From the NCBI GenBank assembly GCA_963702425.1, contig CAVPCQ010000020.1, forward strand, positions 64,001-128,000: DNA of 64,000 nucleotides, read 5' to 3'. The DNA comes from an uncultured Acidobacteriota bacterium. Lineage in GTDB: Bacteria; Acidobacteriota; Polarisedimenticolia; J045. How positions within the stretch are numbered: position 1 is the first letter of the stretch; every line of letters begins with the position of its first letter. Both the position numbers and the translations under genes were made by a program. Below are positions 58,412 to 64,000 of this stretch, one piece after another. The notes beneath the pieces are model-generated. The model was given only the letters and a program-made list of their open reading frames with translations, did not search any database and was not told the origin of the DNA.

Positions 58412-60025
58412 ATGGACGTGCTCGACGGCGAACGGATGCGGCGGGCGGACCGGATCGCGATCCAGCAGATGAAGATCCCCGGGCTGGTCCTGATGGAACA
58501 TGCCGGGCGCGCGGTCTCGGAGTCGATCGCCGAGGAAGTGCCGCGGCTCGCGGCGCGACGCGTCTTCGTCGTGGCCGGGCCGGGACAGAACGGCGGCGAC
58601 GGCTTCGTCGTGGCCCGCCACCTCGCGCTCCAGGGGGTCGCCGTCGTCGTGCTGCTCGTCGGGGCCGCGCGGGCGAAGCTCAGCGGGGACGCCGGAACGA
58701 TGGCGGCGGCCTGGTCCGGGATCGGCGGCGAGACGATCGAAATCTCCGACTCGAAGCGCTGGAACGCAGCGGCCGACTTCCTCTCCGGTGACGTGATCGT
58801 CGACGCGCTGTTCGGCACCGGCCTCGACCGGCCGCTCGCCGGTCTCCCCGCGGCGGCGGTCGAGTCGATCAACCGTGCGGCGGACGCGGGGGCGGTGGTC
58901 GTCGCGGTCGACCTCCCGTCCGGCCTGTTCGCCTCCTCGAGCGAGGTCCCCGGGCCAGCCGTCCAGGCCGACCTGACCGTCACCTTCGCCCGCCCGAAGC
59001 TCGCGCACCTGCTGCCGCCGGCCGAGCACCTCTGCGGAACCGTCACCGTCGCCGACATCGGGATCCCCGACGCCGCGATCTACGCCACCGAGCCGGACCT
59101 GCACTGGGTGCTGCTCGACGAGGCGGCACTGATGCTTCCCGAGCGCGGGCCCGAAGATCACAAGGGACACTTCGGCCACGTGCTGGTCGTCGCCGGAAGC
59201 ACTGGCAAGGCGGGGGCGGCGGCGCTGACCGGCTGGGGCGCGCTGCGGGCGGGGGCCGGGCTCGTGACCGTCGCCGTCCCGGCGCCGGTGCGCGGCGAGG
59301 TCGCGCTCTTCGCGCCCGAGCTGATGACCGAGGCGCTGCCGGCCTCGCGCGAGGGGGTGCTGGCGCGCGGCGCCGCGGCGCGAGCGCGGGCCCTGGCGAA
59401 GGAGTGCTCGGTGCTGGCCATCGGCCCGGGCCTGGGCGCCGGGGCGGCGGCGGAGGTGCGCGCGCTCGTGAAGGACGCGCCGGTCCCGATCGTGCTCGAC
59501 GCCGACGGGATCAACGCCTTCGCCGGGCGGCTCGCCGGGCTGGCCCGGCGCAGGGCCCCGCTGGTCGTCACGCCCCACCCCGGCGAGGCGGCGCGCCTGC
59601 TGGGGGCGAGCGTGGCCGAGGTGCAGGCCGACCGGGTCGCGGCGGCGCGCGCGATCGCGCGCGGCGCGAACGCGGTCGCAGTGCTCAAGGGCTACCGCAC
59701 GATCGTCGCCGATCCCTCCGGAACGGCGTTCATCAATCCCTCCGGCAACCCGGGGATGGCCACCGCAGGGATGGGCGACGCGCTGACCGGGATCATCGCC
59801 GGGCTGCTGGCCCAGGAGCTCGAACCGCTCGACGCGGCGGTGCTGGGGGTCTTCGTGCACGGCCTCGCCGCCGACATCGCGGTCGACGACGGCGCCGAGA
59901 CCGAGGCGACGCTGACCGCCGGCGCGGTGCTCGAGGCGCTCTCGGAGGCCTTCGAGCGGCTCGCCGACGCGGCCGCCGAGGGGGACGACCCGGACGACGC
60001 AGACGAAGCCGGACACCGCCACTGA
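58412..60025 (+). CDS. nnr: Bifunctional NAD(P)HX epimerase/dehydratase
   Basis: LMEHAG, GQNGGDG, DALFGTG, HKGHFG, GPGLG, LDADG, TPHPGE, GMGDALTG. Confidence 0.95.
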   Translation: MDVLDGERMRRADRIAIQQMKIPGLVLMEHAGRAVSESIAEEVPRLAARRVFVVAGPGQNGGDGFVVARHLALQGVAVVVLLVGAARAKLSGDAGTMAAAWSGIGGETIEISDSKRWNAAADFLSGDVIVDALFGTGLDRPLAGLPAAAVESINRAADAGAVVVAVDLPSGLFASSSEVPGPAVQADLTVTFARPKLAHLLPPAEHLCGTVTVADIGIPDAAIYATEPDLHWVLLDEAALMLPERGPEDHKGHFGHVLVVAGSTGKAGAAALTGWGALRAGAGLVTVAVPAPVRGEVALFAPELMTEALPASREGVLARGAAARARALAKECSVLAIGPGLGAGAAAEVRALVKDAPVPIVLDADGINAFAGRLAGLARRRAPLVVTPHPGEAARLLGASVAEVQADRVAAARAIARGANAVAVLKGYRTIVADPSGTAFINPSGNPGMATAGMGDALTGIIAGLLAQELEPLDAAVLGVFVHGLAADIAVDDGAETEATLTAGAVLEALSEAFERLADAAAEGDDPDDADEAGHRH

Positions 60026-60030
60026 CCGCG

Positions 60031-60474
60031 ATGGGAGCGCCGGTTTCCAGGCTCTGCCGCGGCGAGAGCGCGACGCGGGCCGCGGGCCGGGCGCTGGGCG
60101 ACGCGCTCGCGCCGGGTGCGCTCGTCGAGCTGGAGGGCGACCTCGGCGCCGGGAAGACGGTCTTCGTGCGCGGCCTCGCCGAGGGGCTCGGGCACGATCC
60201 GGAGTGCGTGGCGTCCCCCACCTTCGTGCTCGCGGTCGAGCACCCCGGGGGACGGATCCCGCTGTTGCACGTCGATCTCTACCGGCTCGCGCCGGGAGCC
60301 GGCGTGGACGAGCTCGGGATCGACGAGGCGCTCGGCCTGGGCTGGGTGGTCGCGGTGGAGTGGGGGGAGCGGCTGCCGCCGCTGCTGCGCCGCGAGGCCT
60401 GGCGCGTGATCCTCGGCCCGGCCGCCGGGCTCGGGGACGACGTGCGCGCGGTGACGATCCTGGCCCCCGCCTGA
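60031..60474 (+). CDS. tsaE: tRNA threonylcarbamoyladenosine biosynthesis ATPase
   Basis: LEGDLGAGKT, VASPTF, HVDLYRL, VEWGE. Confidence 0.95.
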   Translation: MGAPVSRLCRGESATRAAGRALGDALAPGALVELEGDLGAGKTVFVRGLAEGLGHDPECVASPTFVLAVEHPGGRIPLLHVDLYRLAPGAGVDELGIDEALGLGWVVAVEWGERLPPLLRREAWRVILGPAAGLGDDVRAVTILAPA

Positions 60475-60507
60475 AGGTCCGTGGCAGACTCGCCGGAGGA
60501 GGACGCC

Positions 60508-61668
60508 GTGACCCTTCGATTCGCCGCCCTGTGCGGCGCGCTCCTGCTCGTTTCGTGCGCCGGCCCGGCCCGCGCCCAGACGGCGTGCGAGCCGGGGCGA
60601 GGCCCGTCCATCCGCGCCGAGGAACTCCGCGAGATGATCTCGGGCGGCGGCCCGGTCTCCGTCCCGCCGGGCGCGGTGATCGTCGGGGCGATCGACCGTT
60701 CGGTGCTGTGCCCGGGGGTGCCGGACGAGGCGACCCCGTGCATCGTGCCCGCACCGCTCAAGCTCGCCTGCGCGCAGATCACGGCGCCGCTCTCCCTGCA
60801 CAACATCGTCGTGGACGGCGAGCTCGACCTCGGCGGCGCCGACCTCGCGGTCGGCCTGTCGCTCGAGGCGACCGAGATTCTCGGCGATCTCGTGCTGACC
60901 GGCGCCCGAGCGGGCGGCGACGTGCTGCTCGACCGCGTCCTGGTGGGCGGCGCGGCGCTCGTCGACCGCGCGACGATCGAGGGCCGGTTCGCAGCGACCG
61001 GACTGCGCTGCCTGGGCGGCCTGACGCTCGCGGGAACCCCGGTGTCGCGCGGCGTCGAGATCCGCAACGCGGCGATCGGGGGGGACGTCGCACTCGGCCT
61101 CGGCGGGGGAACCGGACTGACCTTCGTGAAGAGCGTCGTGCTCGGCGCGGCCAGCCTGCGCGGCCTGAAGGTCTCGGGTGCGCTCGTGCTCGAGGACATC
61201 GCGCTCGCCGGGGCCCTGGACGGCGAGGGCCTAGAGATCGGGAGCGACGCCCGGGCGACCCGCGTGACGGCGCCGGACGGCGTCGTGTTGGGCGGGAAGT
61301 TCCGCCGCGATCTGACCTTCGACACGCTGACCGGCGACGGCACGCTCGCGATCGCGAACTCGGTGGTCGACGGCAACCTGGTCCTGCTGCGCACGACGCT
61401 CGGAAGCGATGTCGCCGTCACCGAGGTCCAGGTCGGCAAGACGCTGCGGATCGAGGGAAGCGACATCGCCCAGGGAGTCGATCTCTCCGGTACGACGGTC
61501 GCCGGCGAGCTCGTGCTGATCAGCTCGCGCTTCGGTGCGCTGGTCGACGTCGGCAATGCGCGGCTGACCGCACGGCCCCGCGTCGTGGCCTGCACCCCCG
61601 CCAATCCGCTGGGCGAGGACGACGAGGCGGCGCCGAACGACGAGGAACCGGAAGATCCCGGCGACTGA
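60508..61668 (+). CDS. Secreted or lipoprotein beta-solenoid repeat protein
   Basis: GGAGGAGG SD; LLLVSC lipobox-like sequence; many 11-aa GxLxLxxAxIx repeats; acidic tail. Confidence 0.7.
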   Translation: MTLRFAALCGALLLVSCAGPARAQTACEPGRGPSIRAEELREMISGGGPVSVPPGAVIVGAIDRSVLCPGVPDEATPCIVPAPLKLACAQITAPLSLHNIVVDGELDLGGADLAVGLSLEATEILGDLVLTGARAGGDVLLDRVLVGGAALVDRATIEGRFAATGLRCLGGLTLAGTPVSRGVEIRNAAIGGDVALGLGGGTGLTFVKSVVLGAASLRGLKVSGALVLEDIALAGALDGEGLEIGSDARATRVTAPDGVVLGGKFRRDLTFDTLTGDGTLAIANSVVDGNLVLLRTTLGSDVAVTEVQVGKTLRIEGSDIAQGVDLSGTTVAGELVLISSRFGALVDVGNARLTARPRVVACTPANPLGEDDEAAPNDEEPEDPGD

Positions 61669-61679
61669 ACGCCGGGCGG

Positions 61680-62609
61680 CTAAAGCCCCAGCTCGTGCAG
61701 GATCGGGTCGCGGTCGCGCCAGTTCTCGCGCACCTTGACCCAGAGCTTGAGGTAGACCCGCGTGCCGAGGCGCGCCTCGAGTTCTTTGCGCGCCTCGGTC
61801 CCGACCTCCTTGAGCATCGCCCCGCCCTTGCCGATCACGATCGCCTTCTGCGTCGGGCGCTCGACCAGGATCGACGCGTCGATGTGCAGCAGGTCGCCGG
61901 GGCGCGGCTCCAGCTGATCGAGTACGACCGCGATCGCGTGCGGCACCTCCTGCCGCAAACGCGCCAGGAGCTTCTCGCGGACGATCTCCGTGATCATCCG
62001 CCGGTCCCCCTGGTCGGTGACGTAGTCCAGCGGGTAGAGCGGCGGCCCCTCCGGCAACCGCGACAGAACGACCTCGCACAGGCGCGCGACGTTGTCGCCC
62101 GAAAGCGCAGAGACCGGGACCACGTCGTCGAAACCCCAGTCGTTCGTGGCCTGCTCGATCAGGGGCAGCAGCTTCCCCTTGTTCATCTGGTCGACCTTGT
62201 TCGGCACCAGGATCACCGGGCGCGAGCCGCGCCCCTGCTGGATCTCACCGCGCACGTGCTCGTCGCCCGGCCCGAAGCCGAGCGAGGCGTCGAAGACGAA
62301 AACCAGCACGTCGGCCTCCCCCGCGACCTGCCGCGCCGTCTCGTTGAGCCGCTCGCCGAGGTTGTGCTGGGGGCGGTGCAGTCCGGGGCTGTCGAGGAAC
62401 GCGACCTGGCCGCGGCCGGGCAGGTTGGCCACGCCGAGGATCCGGTTGCGCGTCGTCTGCGGCACGGGTGAGACGATCGCCACCTTCGCGCCGACGAGCC
62501 GGTTGAGCAGGGTGCTCTTACCGACGTTCGCCCGCCCGACGAGGGCAGCAAAGCCGGAACGGAATCCGGGCGGGACGATCGCGACCGGGAACTCGCTGCC
62601 TTCGCTCAC
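61680..62609 (-). CDS. era: GTPase Era
   Basis: GRANVGKSTLLN, QTTR, DSPG, NKVD, KH domain IVIGKGG, LKLWVKV. Confidence 0.96.
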   Translation of the reverse strand: MSEGSEFPVAIVPPGFRSGFAALVGRANVGKSTLLNRLVGAKVAIVSPVPQTTRNRILGVANLPGRGQVAFLDSPGLHRPQHNLGERLNETARQVAGEADVLVFVFDASLGFGPGDEHVRGEIQQGRGSRPVILVPNKVDQMNKGKLLPLIEQATNDWGFDDVVPVSALSGDNVARLCEVVLSRLPEGPPLYPLDYVTDQGDRRMITEIVREKLLARLRQEVPHAIAVVLDQLEPRPGDLLHIDASILVERPTQKAIVIGKGGAMLKEVGTEARKELEARLGTRVYLKLWVKVRENWRDRDPILHELGL

Positions 62610-63871
62610 GAACCGCCTCCGCCGGATGGCCGGGGCTCGGGCGCGCGGGACATCCGCACCGTCGCGATCCGCCGCCCGATCATCCGCACGACCTCCAGGT
62701 CGATTCCCGGGGCGATGCCGATCTGCTCGCCGACCCGGGGGATCCGCCCCAGTTTCGAGAACACGAGCCCGCCCACGGTGTCGACCCCGTCCGCGGGGAT
62801 CTCGACCCCCAGCGCCTCGGCCAGGTCGTCGACCGGCAGGAGGCCGTCGGCGATGAAGCCGCCCCGGCCGTCCGGACGGAAGGCCTCGGCCTCATGCTCG
62901 TCGCGGATCTCGCCGACGATTTCCTCGAGCAGGTCTTCCAGCGTGACCAGCCCGGAGGTCCCGCCGTACTCGTCGACGATCACCGCCATCTGCTGCCGTT
63001 CCAGCTGCAGCTCGCGCATCAGTTCGAGCACCTTCTTCGTCGACGGCACCAGCGGCACGGGGCGCATCAGGTCGCGCACGGTGAGCGGCTCGTCCCCGGC
63101 CAGCAGGTGCGGTAACAGGTCGCGTACCGCGACGACGCCGACGATCCGGTCGAGGCTGTCGTCGTAGACCAGCAGCCGGGAGTGCCGCGACTCATCGAAG
63201 GCCCGGGCCAGCTCGGCCAGCTCCTCGTCGGCCTCGACCGCGGCGATCTCGGTCCGCGGGGTCATGATCTCGCGCACGGTCAGATCGCCGGTGTCCGCGA
63301 TCTCGCGCAGGATCTCCGACTGCTCGCGCTCGAACAGACCCTCTTCCTCGGCGTCGCGGATGTACTCCTCGAGCTGCTCCTCGCGCCCCTCGTCGTCGCC
63401 GAGGGCGCGCTGCCGGGACTCGCTGGCCAGTTCCTCGCGCTTCCGGACCAGCGGGGCCACGAGCCAGCCGAAGAGGGCGTCGATCGCGCGCAGCAGCGGG
63501 GCCGCGGCGGTCAGGAACCGCTCCGGGGCGCGCGGCGCGACGAGCGCCTCGGCCACGCGTCCGAACAGCACGGCGAGCAGCCCCGACGCCGTTGCCGCCG
63601 CGAACCCGGCACCGGGCAGCGGCGCAAACGCGGCGACGAGCGTCAACCCGACGAGGGAGACCTGGCGCACCAGGGCCGCCGCCGACCAGATCCGCGAGCC
63701 GGGATCGAGCGGCTCGGCCAGGCCCGACTCGTCGGCCACCCGCTCCGACGCCAGGCGGCCGACCGCGAGCCGTGCGCCGACGGCGAGCGACAGCGCCGAG
63801 TAGAGCGCAAGCAGCGCGAGCCCGGCGGCGAGCCAGGCGACGATGACGGGTGGCGCGACGGCGGGGTCCAT
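62606..63871 (-). CDS. Hemolysin/CorC-family CBS-domain protein (DUF21-CBS-CorC_HlyC)
   Basis: VREIMTPRTEI, HSRLLVY, VDEYGGTSGLVTLEDLLEEIVGEIRDE; lies between ybeY and era. Confidence 0.9.
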   Translation of the reverse strand: MDPAVAPPVIVAWLAAGLALLALYSALSLAVGARLAVGRLASERVADESGLAEPLDPGSRIWSAAALVRQVSLVGLTLVAAFAPLPGAGFAAATASGLLAVLFGRVAEALVAPRAPERFLTAAAPLLRAIDALFGWLVAPLVRKREELASESRQRALGDDEGREEQLEEYIRDAEEEGLFEREQSEILREIADTGDLTVREIMTPRTEIAAVEADEELAELARAFDESRHSRLLVYDDSLDRIVGVVAVRDLLPHLLAGDEPLTVRDLMRPVPLVPSTKKVLELMRELQLERQQMAVIVDEYGGTSGLVTLEDLLEEIVGEIRDEHEAEAFRPDGRGGFIADGLLPVDDLAEALGVEIPADGVDTVGGLVFSKLGRIPRVGEQIGIAPGIDLEVVRMIGRRIATVRMSRAPEPRPSGGGGS

Positions 63872-63876
63872 CGGGT

Positions 63877-64000
63877 TCAGGCCCGCGGCGGCAGGCACGC
63901 GCGCCGCAGCCGGCGCTCGAGCGCCTCCATCTCGCCGTCGTCGGCCTCGTGGTCGTGGCCCAGGAGGTGCAGCAGGCCGTGCAGCGCCAGCAGCATGGCC
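63877..64000 (-). CDS. ybeY: rRNA maturation endoribonuclease YbeY (3' end only; not in the ORF track)
   Basis: Manual translation ...LHGLLHLLGHDHEADDGEMEALERRL...* contains the HGxLHLxGxDH motif. Confidence 0.93.
   Translation of the reverse strand, partial: AMLLALHGLLHLLGHDHEADDGEMEALERRLRRACLPPRA

Noticed and set aside
1-64000. Mobile elements, prophage, defence systems, tRNA/rRNA
   Set aside because: No integrase, transposase, nuclease or phage motifs, no compositional island and no tRNA-like cloverleaf seen; intergenic gaps are short

Overview
Very GC-rich chromosomal window (by eye roughly 70% or more), densely coding and almost entirely housekeeping. It comes from a diderm, LPS-making bacterium. 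Gene order (lolCD-clpC-skp-lpxD-fabZ-lpxA; def-fmt-rsmB-PASTA-rpe-bamD-hslVU; HslU with an N-terminal extension) suggests Acidobacteriota or a related lineage; this is inference only. About 60 real CDS are present, many coupled by ATGA/GTGA overlaps. Most long ORFs in the six-frame track are GC-rich shadow ORFs. I found no rRNA, tRNA, CRISPR array, integrase, transposase or phage gene. Points worth a second look: (1) an ntrY-ntrX operon whose NtrX AAA+ domain looks catalytically dead, followed by an orphan NuoE-like [2Fe-2S] protein, an L,D-transpeptidase with a long active-site insertion and a TsaB-RimI fusion; (2) a DUF1015-serA-serC cluster with no serB; (3) an ATPase-less MshEN protein whose SD overlaps a UUCG hairpin; (4) an LptM-like-motif/FN3 lipoprotein just upstream of dapF; (5) a Cys-rich pseudo-M48 protein; (6) an EF-G paralogue with altered GTPase motifs; (7) a recurring bidirectional -10 element, several probably leaderless genes and a Pho-box-like repeat; (8) rbfA and bamA absent from their usual positions. 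All calls come from manual motif and synteny recognition; no searches were run.
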